Shown here: positions 27,533 through 37,395 of the stretch, piece after piece
Layout of the letters: each line of letters begins with the position of its first letter
How positions within the stretch are numbered: the stretch's first letter is position 1
Assembly (NCBI GenBank): GCA_041396045.1
Contig: JAWKZI010000010.1
Coordinates: forward strand, 36,221 to 100,220
Direction: 5' to 3'
DNA from: Gammaproteobacteria bacterium
Lineage (GTDB): Bacteria > Pseudomonadota > Gammaproteobacteria > Steroidobacterales > GCA-2729495
Length of the DNA: 64,000 bases
Notes under the pieces: model-generated
What the model was told of the DNA's origin: nothing
The model's database searches: none
What the model saw: the letters and a program-made list of their open reading frames with translations, nothing else
Translations under genes and position numbers: made by a program

Positions 27533-28759
27533 ATGACAATGCGACCTGGATGGGGAGTATCCCTGCGGCCGTCAGCGATTTCAGCCAGCCTGCTTCTCGC
27601 GCTGTCGGCATTCCTCCTGTCTGCCTGTGGCCAGCAGGAGCAGGAACCCGTTGGCCTTGAGGTCACGCCCACTGTTGTGCCCAGCGATATTACCGTCCGA
27701 CCGACCGACGTGAGGCTGAAGGCTGGCGACAGCGTACAACTGTCGGCACAGGTGAACGATGGCGCCGGTCAGCCAATCGGTGGCGCCCCACTGGTCTTCA
27801 AAACTTCCGACCCGTCCATGTTGCGGCTTACGCAACGCGGCGCACTGACGGCGGTCGGCGCCGCCGGAGAGGCAACGGTTGAGGTGAGTAGCGGCACGTT
27901 GACCAAATCGCTACCGGTCACGGTCGTGCCGGCGTCGCCCGCCCGTGTAGTGGTACTGGCTGGAGCCAGGCAACAGGCTGCAGTCGGCAAAAGCCTGCCG
28001 AACCTTATCTCGGTCCGTATCAACGATGCTTTCGGCAATGCCGTGGCCGGGGTGCCGGTCCGGTTCGAACTGGAGTCCGGGCAAGGCACCATTCAACCGG
28101 CTACGGCCACCAGCGATGCTGACGGAAAATCCAGTGCCGCCTGGACTCTGGGACACGGTGTCGGCAGTCAGGTTGCCCGGGTCAGTATCGACGGTGAGGA
28201 TGCCGCTACCGAGGTCATCGCTACAGCAACGCCAGGGCCACCTGAACAACTGCTCAAGGTCGGTGATGACCAAACCAGCGTCATTGCCGGCAGCACCGTG
28301 ACCTTGCGTGCCCAGGTCCAGGATGCCTTCGGCAACCCGGCTCCCGATTCACAGGTGGAATGGCAAGTGGCCGAAGGTCCGGCGAAACTCGCTGCCGAGA
28401 CTTCCACCGCGGATGCATCCGGCCTGGTAGAGATGGAACTGACCACCGGTCCTAAAGTGGGTCGGGCCAATGCCACCGCGGTGCTTGCCGGTGACGGGCC
28501 CACAACCGGAAAACGCAAGCCCATCAAGTTTACTGTAGATACCATCCATGGCCCCGCAGCCAGCCTGACCATTCACGCTGGCAACGACCAGAAGGCAAAA
28601 GCCGATAGCGCCGCCAAGGTACCGCCTGCCGTGCTGGTACTCGATGCCAACGGCAACCCGGTCGCCGGGGCAGTTGTGCAGTTTGCGATTGTCGCTGGCG
28701 GCGGCACTGGTGATAGCCCTTCGCAGGCTACCAACAACGATGGAATCGCCCATCGCTGA
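27533..28759 (+). CDS. lipoprotein with bacterial Ig-like (Big_2/Big_1) repeats; 3' end probably frame-shifted (continues to about 28914)
   Basis: Lipobox LLSACGQ and repeated modules (VRINDAFGNAVAGVPVRFELESGQG...SDADGKSSAAWTLG; VQDAFGNPAPDSQVEWQV...). After ...NNDGIA another frame reads ...TASVEGLDVIATFHATAIP*. Confidence 0.75.
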   Translation: MTMRPGWGVSLRPSAISASLLLALSAFLLSACGQQEQEPVGLEVTPTVVPSDITVRPTDVRLKAGDSVQLSAQVNDGAGQPIGGAPLVFKTSDPSMLRLTQRGALTAVGAAGEATVEVSSGTLTKSLPVTVVPASPARVVVLAGARQQAAVGKSLPNLISVRINDAFGNAVAGVPVRFELESGQGTIQPATATSDADGKSSAAWTLGHGVGSQVARVSIDGEDAATEVIATATPGPPEQLLKVGDDQTSVIAGSTVTLRAQVQDAFGNPAPDSQVEWQVAEGPAKLAAETSTADASGLVEMELTTGPKVGRANATAVLAGDGPTTGKRKPIKFTVDTIHGPAASLTIHAGNDQKAKADSAAKVPPAVLVLDANGNPVAGAVVQFAIVAGGGTGDSPSQATNNDGIAHR

Positions 28760-28967
28760 AGAGCCTGACCCGGGGACCGGTATTGGCTGAAGAACCGGAT
28801 GCCACCACCGAAGTCGCAGGCGAGAAAGTCGATAATGCAACCGACAACGAACTCACTGCGTCTGTCGAAGGCCTGGATGTCATCGCAACTTTTCACGCCA
28901 CAGCAATACCTTGATGCTTTTGCCGACAGGCACGCTGACGCTCGCGTGACAGCCCGGTAACCAGCAC

Positions 28968-30785
28968 ATGACCACTGTTCTAGGGCTCAACTTCCACGCC
29001 ATCGCTGTGCTTGTTGGCATGGTGGTGGCCTTCTATGTCATGGCTCGTGACCGACTGCCGATAACGGTCACCAGCCTTGGCATCATCGGGGTTCTGGCAC
29101 TCGGCTTCCAGCTATTCCCCTACGAATCACCGACCGGAACGGTAGACGCCGCAGACTTTTTTGCAGGCTTTGGCCATGAAGCACTGATTGCAATTGGTGC
29201 TTTGATGGTCCTGGGTCGCGGCCTGCTGATGACCGGCGCCCTGGAGCCACTGGCCCGGGGACTGGCCTCACTCTGGAAACGCAACCAGACACTGGCGATG
29301 CTGGCGGTGCTGTTGAGCTGCATCGGACTGAGCGGCGTACTCAATGACACGCCAATCGTGGTGTTGATGACCCCGGTATTGCTGAGCATGGCTGCACGCA
29401 CCGTACCGGGCCCGGACCGCTTCTGATGCCGATGAACTTCGCCGTGCTGATCGGTGGCACCGCTACAACTATCGGTACATCGACCAACCTGCTGGTCGTG
29501 TCGCTGGCCGCCGAACTCGGCGTCGCACCTTTCGGGGTTTTTGAATTTACGCCGCTGGTCATGATGGCAGCCCTGCCCGCTTTGCTTTACCTGCTGATCA
29601 TTGCGCCCCGCCTGCTGAAGCACTCCGGTCACGCGCCGGACACATCGAGCCCCCGGGAGTTTCACGCCGTAATGCGCGTGTATCCCGACAGCTTTTCGGA
29701 TGGTCGGACACTGGCTGAGGTTCTGAAACGGGGCTCGCAACTTCATGTGCGTGCCTTGCAAAACCGCGAGGGCGCTTCGTCGCGAAACTGCCGACAGTAC
29801 CGATCACCGCTGACTTCGCCTGCATCTGAGCGGCACGGCCGCTGAACTCAAGGAGGCCGAGAGCCTGCTGGGTGCAAGTTGCAGGCCGACACGGAACTGG
29901 GCCACACCCCCGATCCCGGCCGCCCGGATGAGGACCTGGAACTGGTCGAGATGATCATCTCTTCCGACTCGGAATTCATCGGACGCAGACTGGGTGACCT
30001 GCGTTTTACCCTGCGCTTTGGCCTGCAACCTGCTGGGCGTGCATCGCGAGCAGGATATTCCCAGAGACCCGAACGTCAGAAACTGGACCCTGCGCGCCGG
30101 TGACGTCCTGCTGGTTCAGGGCTGGCCGGGAACGTGGAAGACGCCAAACAGGAAAGGCATCTGCTGGTGCTGGACGGCAAGGTCAGCTTGCCGTACGAGC
30201 AAAGCGCCAGTTGCGATTGCCATCATGTTGGCTGTAGTTGCCGCTGCGGCAAGCGGCATCCTGCCCATCGCAGTGGCTGCCGTGCTGGGTGCAGTGGCCA
30301 TGCTTCTCACGAAGTGTGTCCTGCCACGCAATCTCGGCAAGTCGGTCAGTGCCGAAGTGGTGTTGCTGATTCCCGCCAGTCTGGCGCTCGGCAAGGCGCT
30401 CACTGTGACCGGTGGCGCCAAGTGGATTGCCGACCTGCTACTGCGGTTTACCGACAACCTGCCGCTGGGATTCCTGCTGGCGGGCATCATTGCGCTGATG
30501 TCGGTACTGACGAACTTCATTTCGAACAATGCCGCGGCCGTCATCGGCACACCCATCGCCGTGGCTATTGCACGGCAGCTCGGCGTGCCACCGGAGCCTT
30601 TTGCGCTCGCTGTGCTGTTCGGCTGCAACCTGTGCTTTGCAACACCGATTGGTTACCAGACCAACCTGATCATCATGAGTGCGGCCGGCTACCGGTTTTC
30701 CGACTTCATGCGGGTCGGACTGCCCTTGACGTTGATGATGATTATCGTCTACTCATGGCTGCTGCCACGCTGGTACGGCTTGTAG
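28968..30785 (+). pseudogene. SLC13/DASS-type permease with central TrkA-C domains, disrupted by about 7 frame changes
   Basis: Colinear fragments in three frames: MTTVLGLNF...SMAARTVPG / LLMPMNFAVLIGGTATTIGTSTNLLVVS...REFHAVMRVYPDSFSDGRTLAEVL...VRALQNREG / RFVAKLPTVPITADF / LHLSGTAAELKEAESLLGA / LQADTELG...DLELVEMIISSDSEFIGRRLGDLRFTLRFGLQ / LLGVHREQDIP...LRAGDVLLVQGWPG / NVEDAKQERHLLVLDGKVSLPY / RTSKAPVAIAIMLAVV...ATPIGYQTNLIIMSAAGYRFSDF. Confidence 0.75.
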
Positions 30786-30826
30786 AATGTAGTGTCGATT
30801 TCAAACTTTGCACGAAAGTCTTTCTG

Positions 30827-31918
30827 ATGCCGGATGCCACCGTCGAACAATTACAGGCAGCAATTGCCACCTATCAGGATCCCTACCTCCTGACGGACCT
30901 CGTTAGCGCGAACGCAATCAAGAGTCTGGAAGTCAATGGTTCCCGGGCTTTGGTACAGGTCGAATTAAGCTTTCCGTCACTCGGATATCACGACCAGCTT
31001 CGTACCGAACTCAATACGCGGCTCGTGGCCGTGCCCGGCATTGCGCAAGCCGAGATCCACATCAGTTCGAAGATCGACTCACATGCCGTACAGAAAAACC
31101 TGAAGCCCATCCGTTCGGTCAAGAATGTCATCGCAATCGCATCTGGCAAAGGCGGCGTGGGTAAATCCACCACCGCAGTCAACCTGGCACTGGCGCTCAA
31201 GGCCGAGGGAGCTGCGGTCGGTCTGCTCGATGCCGATATTTACGGGCCCAGTCAACCCAGGATGCTGGGCCTGAGTGGCAAGCACCCCACCACAACCGAC
31301 AACAAGACTTTCGACCCGCTGATTGCTTATGGCCTGCAGTGCATGTCCATCGGCTTTCTGGTCAACGAGGAAGACCCGATGGTCTGGCGCGGGCCGATGG
31401 CAACATCAGCATTCAACCAGCTTATCGGCTCTACAAAGTGGCAAGACCTGGACTACCTGATCGTCGACATGCCGCCTGGTACCGGCGATATTCAGCTCAC
31501 GCTCTCCCAGCAGGTACCGGTAAGCGGTGCCGTGATCGTCACGACGCCGCAGGACATTGCCCTGCTTGATGCCCGCAAAGGGCTGAAGATGTTCCAGAAG
31601 GTCGGTGTCGCCATTCTGGGTATCGTCGAAAACATGAGCACCCACATCTGCTCCAGTTGCGGCCACGAGGAACAGATCTTTGGCGAAGGTGGTGGCGCCC
31701 GTATCGCTGCCCAGAACCAGGTGCCGCTACTCGGCTCACTCCCGCTGGATCTGCGCATTCGCGTCGAGACCGACGGTGGCTTCCCGACGGTGGCCGCTGA
31801 CCCCGACGGCCCGATCGCGCGAAGCTACCGCGAAATTGCCCGACACATGACCGCACGACTGGCGACCACAGCGCGCGACCACAGCGTGCCGTTTCCGAAA
31901 ATTGTCGTTGAGCGCTGA
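30827..31918 (+). CDS. apbC: Fe-S cluster carrier ATPase ApbC/Mrp
   Basis: MPDATVEQLQAAIATYQDPYL (N-terminal domain), IAIASGKGGVGKSTTAVNLA (deviant Walker A), DMPPGTGD and CSSCGH. The 594-aa track ORF is an upstream read-through artefact. Confidence 0.9.
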   Translation: MPDATVEQLQAAIATYQDPYLLTDLVSANAIKSLEVNGSRALVQVELSFPSLGYHDQLRTELNTRLVAVPGIAQAEIHISSKIDSHAVQKNLKPIRSVKNVIAIASGKGGVGKSTTAVNLALALKAEGAAVGLLDADIYGPSQPRMLGLSGKHPTTTDNKTFDPLIAYGLQCMSIGFLVNEEDPMVWRGPMATSAFNQLIGSTKWQDLDYLIVDMPPGTGDIQLTLSQQVPVSGAVIVTTPQDIALLDARKGLKMFQKVGVAILGIVENMSTHICSSCGHEEQIFGEGGGARIAAQNQVPLLGSLPLDLRIRVETDGGFPTVAADPDGPIARSYREIARHMTARLATTARDHSVPFPKIVVER

Positions 31919-31951
31919 CCGTCGACGGCCCAGGTTTCAGCCTGCCGGACT

Positions 31952-32401
31952 TCAGCGTGACTGGTGAGCAGCAACGCGGTCCAGGTACTTCTGCCAAAGC
32001 GTGTCCCGCTGGCTGCCGAGCTCGTACAGAACTTTCCAGGTGAACAGCCCGGTATTGTGGCCATCACTGAAGACGAGACGCACGGCATAATTACCCACCG
32101 GCGCAATCTGCGTGATCCTCACGTCCTGCTTGTCCAGTTGCAAGGTGCCGGATCCACCGTGCCCCCGCACCTCCGCCGATGGCGAATGCACGCGCAGAAA
32201 TTCGCTACTCATCTCGAATGACTGGCCATCGTCATAGCTGACGGTCAACTTCTGGCGACTGCGGTCGAGCCGGAGTTCGGCGGGAACGGGCGGCGGTGTA
32301 TCCGATTGGTCCAAGGCTGCAAGAGTCCGGTTGATGGGTGAGCAACTACTATACTGACTCCTGGTACTGATGGATCCTGGCCAGCGAACAGGTGTCGGCA
32401 A
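31952..32401 (-). CDS. DUF971 (gamma-butyrobetaine hydroxylase-like N-terminal domain) protein
   Basis: LTVSYDDGQSFEMSSEFLRVHSPSAEVRGHG...ITQIAPVGNYAVRLVFSDGHNTGLFTWKVLYELG is the DUF971 pattern. The start is probably downstream of 32401. Confidence 0.75.
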   Translation of the reverse strand: MPTPVRWPGSISTRSQYSSCSPINRTLAALDQSDTPPPVPAELRLDRSRQKLTVSYDDGQSFEMSSEFLRVHSPSAEVRGHGGSGTLQLDKQDVRITQIAPVGNYAVRLVFSDGHNTGLFTWKVLYELGSQRDTLWQKYLDRVAAHQSR

Positions 32402-33381
32402 TGAGTGCAGTTTCGAAGCCGCAGAACGAGATTCTCATGGTCGGTGCGCATCTGGCACCGGTCATCGACCGGCTGGAACCGGAGATCCGTGTACATCGCT
32501 ATTGGGACGCGGCAGACCAGCCGGCATTGCTGCGCCATATCGCGCCGCGCGTACGTGCCATTGCGACGGATGCGTTTACCGGTGCGAGTGCCGACTTGAT
32601 GGCGGCGCTGCCACGTCTGGAGCTGGTTGCAAATTTCGGCGTGGGTTATGACGCCATCGACGCGGTATACGCGCACCAGCACGGCATCACGATCACCAAC
32701 ACACCCGACGTCCTCAATGATGACGTGGCCGATCTCGCCATGGCACTGATGCTGGCGGTATTGCGCCGGATTCCTGAAGCCGACCGCTACGTGCGCGCTT
32801 CGCGGTGGCTGGAACAGCCCTTTCCACTGGCCCAGAAGCTCACCGGCAAGCGTCTCGGCATCTACGGCCTGGGCCGTATTGGCAAAGCCCTGGCCCGGCG
32901 CGCCGCCGGTTTCGACCTGCAAATTGGCTACCATGGCCGGCATCAACAACCAGGCCAGAGCCAGTCCGGGCAGAGTTACCAGTACTTCGACTCCTTGCTG
33001 GCCCTGGCGAGCTGGTGCGACATCCTGGTAGTGCTGGTGCCGGAAACACCGGAAACCCGTGGCACCGTCAACGCCAGGGTCCTGGCTGCGCTGGGCCGGT
33101 ATGGTGTTCTGGTCAACGTCGCCCGCGGCGGCATCGTGGACGAACCGGCTCTGATCGAGGCTTTGACGTCCGCCACACTCGGCGGTGCCGGCCTGGACGT
33201 TTATGTGCAGGAACCAGCCGTGCCGCCGGCATTGTTCAAACTGGATAATGTTGTGCTGTTACCGCATCTGGGCAGCGCCACGGTCGATACCCGGGCAGCC
33301 ATGGCCGACCTGGTGGTCAGAAACCTGCAGGCTTGGTTCCGCGGTGATTCGCTGCTAACACCAGTGGCGAAACCCGACTGA
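32392..33381 (+). CDS. D-isomer-specific 2-hydroxyacid dehydrogenase (glyoxylate/hydroxypyruvate reductase-like)
   Basis: GIYGLGRIGKALARRA (NAD fold), LVNVARGGIVDEPALIEAL and LPHLGSAT. Contains an unusual QQPGQSQSGQS insertion. Confidence 0.9.
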   Translation: MSAMSAVSKPQNEILMVGAHLAPVIDRLEPEIRVHRYWDAADQPALLRHIAPRVRAIATDAFTGASADLMAALPRLELVANFGVGYDAIDAVYAHQHGITITNTPDVLNDDVADLAMALMLAVLRRIPEADRYVRASRWLEQPFPLAQKLTGKRLGIYGLGRIGKALARRAAGFDLQIGYHGRHQQPGQSQSGQSYQYFDSLLALASWCDILVVLVPETPETRGTVNARVLAALGRYGVLVNVARGGIVDEPALIEALTSATLGGAGLDVYVQEPAVPPALFKLDNVVLLPHLGSATVDTRAAMADLVVRNLQAWFRGDSLLTPVAKPD

Positions 33382-34560
33382 TCAGAAGGCAGACACGCCC
33401 GTCAGTTCCTTGCCCACCACGAGTTGATGAATCGACTCGGTTCCTTCATAGGTCACGACGCTTTCCAGATTGAGCATGTGCCGTATCGGCGAATACTCAA
33501 CGCTGATACCACTGCCACCGAGCATGTCGCGACAGTCGCGGGCAATATCCAGGGCCATGCGCACGTTGTTCCACTTGGCGAGCGAGATCTGCGTGGGCTG
33601 CAGCACACCGGCATCCTTGAGGCGCCCGAGCTGCAGTGCCAGCAGTTGTGCAGTCGTAATGCGGCGAGCCATTTCGGCAAGTCGCACCTGGATTAACTGG
33701 GTGTTGGCCAGTGGACGATCGAACAGCGTCCTGGTTTTTGTGTAATCGATCAGCGTCGCAAGGCAGTCCTGTGCAGCGCCGATCGGTCCCCAGCTAATGC
33801 CATAGCGCGCCTGACTGAGACAACTCAGCGGCCCACGCAGGCTGTTAACGCCGGGCAGTACATGCGTATCAGGCACCCGCACGTTGTCAAAAAACAGGGC
33901 CGAGGTAACCGATGCACGCAGCGACATCTTGTCGTGGATTTCCGGGGCATCAAAGCCCTTCATGCCTTTTTCAACCAGGAATCCGCGCACACCGTCCGGT
34001 GTCTTTGCCCATACCACCGCAACGTCAGCAATAGTGCCGTTGGTAATCCACATCTTGGAGCCATTCAGGATCCAGTCGGCGCCATCCTGGCGGGCATGGG
34101 TTTTCATGTTGCCGGGGTCGGATCCACCGTGCGCTTCGGTCAGCCCAAAGCAACCGATGGCTTCACCGCGCGCCATCGCCGGCAGCCAGCGCTGCTTCTG
34201 TTCTTCGGAACCGAAGGTATGGATCGGGTACATCACCAGGCTGCTTTGCACTGACACAAAGCTGCGCAATGCGCTGTCACCACGCTCAAGTTCCTGGCAG
34301 ATCAGGCCGTAACAGACCGCATTGAGATTGGCGCAGCCATAGCCATCGATACTGCTGCCGAGCAGACCCAGTTCCGCCACTTCGGCCACCAGCTCGCGAG
34401 GAAAGCGCTGGTTCTCGAAGCACTCACGGATCACCGGCAGCACCCGGTCATCGACGAAGCGTGCCACGGTGTCCTGGACCAGCCTTTCCTCCTCCGTGAG
34501 CAGCGCACGAACGTCGAAAAGGTCGAGTGGATTGAGGGTGCTCACCAGAACCTCCTGCAT
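33382..34560 (-). CDS. gcdH: glutaryl-CoA dehydrogenase (acyl-CoA dehydrogenase family)
   Basis: 392 aa. GCFGLTEAHGGSDPGNMKTHARQDGADWILNGSKMWITNG and YEGTESIHQLVVGKELTG. Confidence 0.85.
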   Translation of the reverse strand: MQEVLVSTLNPLDLFDVRALLTEEERLVQDTVARFVDDRVLPVIRECFENQRFPRELVAEVAELGLLGSSIDGYGCANLNAVCYGLICQELERGDSALRSFVSVQSSLVMYPIHTFGSEEQKQRWLPAMARGEAIGCFGLTEAHGGSDPGNMKTHARQDGADWILNGSKMWITNGTIADVAVVWAKTPDGVRGFLVEKGMKGFDAPEIHDKMSLRASVTSALFFDNVRVPDTHVLPGVNSLRGPLSCLSQARYGISWGPIGAAQDCLATLIDYTKTRTLFDRPLANTQLIQVRLAEMARRITTAQLLALQLGRLKDAGVLQPTQISLAKWNNVRMALDIARDCRDMLGGSGISVEYSPIRHMLNLESVVTYEGTESIHQLVVGKELTGVSAF

Positions 34561-34626
34561 GACGGACTTAACCCATCAGGCTGAATCTTCCCGATCACGA
34601 CCGTCGCAATGCGGGTCCGGACCATT

Positions 34627-35644
34627 CTAGGCAAAGGCTGGCACTATCCGCTCACCGATCAGCTGGATCGCATCGGCTGGATCGTCATGCAGGCGAAAGT
34701 TGAGCTCGGTAACGCCAGTCTGCTGGAAGGCTCGCAGCTCAGACAGGCGACCGTCCACACTGTCGGGCGTGCCGGTAAATGTGAAGTTATCGAGGAGCTT
34801 GTCGACAAGCGGTTCGGGAACGCCCTTGATGACGCCCGACCGGTCACGGTATGCCTGAAAGAATGCAGGCTTCAGCCGCTGGACCTCGGCGCATTCGTCG
34901 GCACTCAGAAAAGATTCCAGGTACCAGTTGTCCAGCAAGCCCCGCACAGTAATTCCCTGCAGGCTTCACGTCGCGTAGTCTCCGCGTCCTGCTTGATATG
35001 CCAGGCCCAGATATTGTTGATGCGATAATCGCGCCGTCTCCCTTGTTCCGCCACCAGTGTCCCGTGCGCGTGACAGTTGTGGCTATCAACCGGCGGGTCA
35101 TGTCGCTGTACATCACCCCATCAGCCGCCGGCACCGTGGCACGGAGCATCTGCGGCTGATTGGCACCGGTGTAAACCAGTGGCGGCTGTTCTATGCCGCC
35201 ACCAATACCGAACTTCGGGCGATAGCCGTACACCTTGTAGAGCTCGCCCTGGTAGGTCAGCGCCTGACCGCTGCAACCCCGGCGCACCAGCTCGATGGCC
35301 TCGCGGACCGCACGCACGCGCTTGACAACTTCAATACCCAGCCGTGCCGGCCATTCACCACCACCACCGATAACCAGGCCGGCCCGACCCGACGAATACT
35401 CATGCAGAGTCAGCAGTGAATTGGCCATCTTCACCGGATGCATTTCCCAGGGACTGACCACGCAGACGCCAAGACGCACACGACGGGTGGCCAGAGCGGC
35501 CGGCACCAGGGCCATGAATGGATCCCGACAGGCCACGTAGTTCTGCAACCACATGGTTGATATGCCGACCTGTTCGCACAGCAGTGCCAGCCTGGTCAAC
35601 TGATCGGGTGTCTGGTCTGGCTCTAGTAAAACGTGAATCTGCAT
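34627..35644 (-). pseudogene. LLM-class flavin-dependent oxidoreductase with two frame changes (near 35070 and 34950)
   Basis: Colinear fragments: MQIHVLLEPDQ...MYSDMTRRLIATTVTR / GTLVAEQGRRRDYRINNIWAWHIKQDAETTRREA / VRGLLDNWYLESFLSADECAEV...TELNFRLHDDPADAIQLIGERIVPAFA. Confidence 0.7.
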
Positions 35645-35778
35645 GGATACTTTACTCACCTGGAGATCTGGCACATGGCCCTGAGCCTACTCTCTTACGG
35701 CATTCTCGTTGGTATCGTCAACACGCAGATGTACTGACCGGAGCAGACGTAGCTTCAGGCGTGCCTGGTCCGGGATGC

Positions 35779-36000
35779 ACTCACCTGCCCCGCGTGCCGT
35801 CGGTGAGTGGGGTATCGAATGGAAGTTCAATCACTTCCACAGCGAGCGGCAGCGTGGCGGGTGTCCCTTCCGCCGAAAAGGCGTGCCGCACGCCAGGCGG
35901 AAGGGATTTCCCGCCGGGATGCCGCGGGCTACGGAGTGCTCTAGCCAAACGGACACCCGCCGGGATGCCGCGGGCTACGGCGTGAATGAAAGTTCAATCA
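35779..36000. repeat. structured, repeat-rich intergenic region (nested hairpins plus a 25-bp direct repeat)
   Basis: Three hairpins and two direct repeats. Hairpins: CACTCACC/GGTGAGTG (35779-35809); GGAAGT/ACTTCC (35821-35838); CCCTTCCGCC (35865-35874) pairing with GGCGGAAGGG (35896-35905), enclosing GGCGTG/CACGCC. Direct repeats: CCCGCCGGGATGCCGCGGGCTACGG at 35910-35934 and 35956-35980; GAATG(G/A)AAGTTCAATCA at 35817-35833 and 35984-36000. Confidence 0.85.
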
Positions 36001-36043
36001 ACGCGATAATGCCGAACCAGCAACCATTCAGGTACCTGAGTCC

Positions 36044-37282
36044 ATGCTACTGAACCGGCCGCGCGCCAGCGCTCTTATGGAACGGGAAGGCCTTGCGGGC
36101 CTGGTGACCATCACGCCACTCAACACCTATTACCTCTCCGGCTATTGGGGCCTGTTCAATACCCCTGGTGGCTACGATGCGGCTTACTGCGCTGTCTTGC
36201 CGCGCGACGATAGTCAGCCTGCCGCTCTGGTGGTGCCCGGCCTGGAAATTCGTCGCCTCGAAACCACCGGCGGAACCTGGATGCCCAATGTGTTTGCGCA
36301 CACCCAGGCAGATATCGGGCAACGCTTTGCCGATGGCACCGTCCGCGGCACTGACTACACGGGCTGGCCGGTGCGTCCGAATGCTGCTTTGGGCGACCTG
36401 GAGAAGCGCTGGGTCGATATCGTGCAGCGGCTCGGGTCGCAGATGTCGGCGGATGCGTTTCAGGCTTTGGCTCGCGCCCTGAAGGCGGCTGGCCTGGACG
36501 GCGCACGCCTGGGCACTGACGATCCCCGTATTGCCGGCTGGCTTGAGGCGGCGGGGCTGACGCGCATCGACTGCCGATACCTGCCCGGTCTTTTCAATGA
36601 GATCCGGCTGGTCAAGACAGCACAGGAAATCGAACTGATGACGGTCGCCGCGCGAGCCAATGAAACGGCATTGCTTGCAGCTACATGGGCTATGCACGAA
36701 GGTGCAACCTGGAACGAACTGGAAGCGATTTACCTGATGGAAATGCTGCGTCAGGGTGGTCGCGGCGTCTATCTGATGTGCGGGGTGGGCGAGTTGCCGG
36801 CTGGCGAAGTACGCCGACACGAACCCGTAATGTTCGACGCGCTGGGTCATGTGGCCCGCTACCACGGTGATTTCGGCCGCTGCGCCGTGGTCGGTGAGCC
36901 ATCTGCCGAACACCGCCGGCGCCACCGCGCCATCAAGACCGGTTGGGAAGCGGCGCAGGAATATCTGCGGCCCGGCGTACGGTATAGCGAACTGGCGGCC
37001 GCGGTCGCTGCCGTCGTGCGTCGCGAAGGCATCCCGGACTTTCGTGAGCCACTGGTGCACAGCCTCGGCCTGGAGCATACCGACGATCCGAAGCCACCCG
37101 GCGCCCAGCCACAAACCCGGCCAGACCAGATGCTTTGCGAGAACATGGTGGTCAACGTGGACATGCCGCACACCGAGATCGGCTGGGGTTCAGTACACAT
37201 GGAGGACACGGTCCAGATCACGGCAGATGGTTGCCGGCGACTGGGTGTGGCGGACTTCAGCCTGCGGGTCATCGAACCCTGA
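36044..37282 (+). CDS. M24-family metallopeptidase (Xaa-Pro dipeptidase/creatinase-like)
   Basis: Creatinase-like N-domain plus pita-bread domain (MFDALGHVARYHGDFGRCAVVG, HSLGLEHTD, VVNVDMPHTEIGWGSVHMEDTV). Confidence 0.8.
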   Translation: MLLNRPRASALMEREGLAGLVTITPLNTYYLSGYWGLFNTPGGYDAAYCAVLPRDDSQPAALVVPGLEIRRLETTGGTWMPNVFAHTQADIGQRFADGTVRGTDYTGWPVRPNAALGDLEKRWVDIVQRLGSQMSADAFQALARALKAAGLDGARLGTDDPRIAGWLEAAGLTRIDCRYLPGLFNEIRLVKTAQEIELMTVAARANETALLAATWAMHEGATWNELEAIYLMEMLRQGGRGVYLMCGVGELPAGEVRRHEPVMFDALGHVARYHGDFGRCAVVGEPSAEHRRRHRAIKTGWEAAQEYLRPGVRYSELAAAVAAVVRREGIPDFREPLVHSLGLEHTDDPKPPGAQPQTRPDQMLCENMVVNVDMPHTEIGWGSVHMEDTVQITADGCRRLGVADFSLRVIEP

Positions 37283-37395
37283 TGCGCCAGTGATCTGCGT
37301 TCTGTCGCCGGTTGTCGGCCACAGCAACTGCCGTTGAGATCTGCGGAACCGGCAGTACGGCTCAAGGTCTTAAAAGGACAAGGAGGAAGTTCACC

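Noticed and set aside
30134-30826. N-terminal 230 aa of the 594-aa ORF 30134-31918
   Set aside because: This part is an out-of-frame read-through of the SLC13 permease region. The ApbC homology starts at the ATG at 30827.
35709-36053. 114-aa ORF inside the repeat-rich spacer
   Set aside because: Its sequence merely translates the direct repeats (PAGMPRAT twice). It has no RBS and no family.
36047-37171. 374-aa ORF antisense to the M24 peptidase gene
   Set aside because: It is exactly shadowed by a sense-strand gene with clear family motifs. Its translation is Arg/Ala/Gly/Pro-rich with no recognisable domain. Long antisense ORFs are expected in high-GC DNA.
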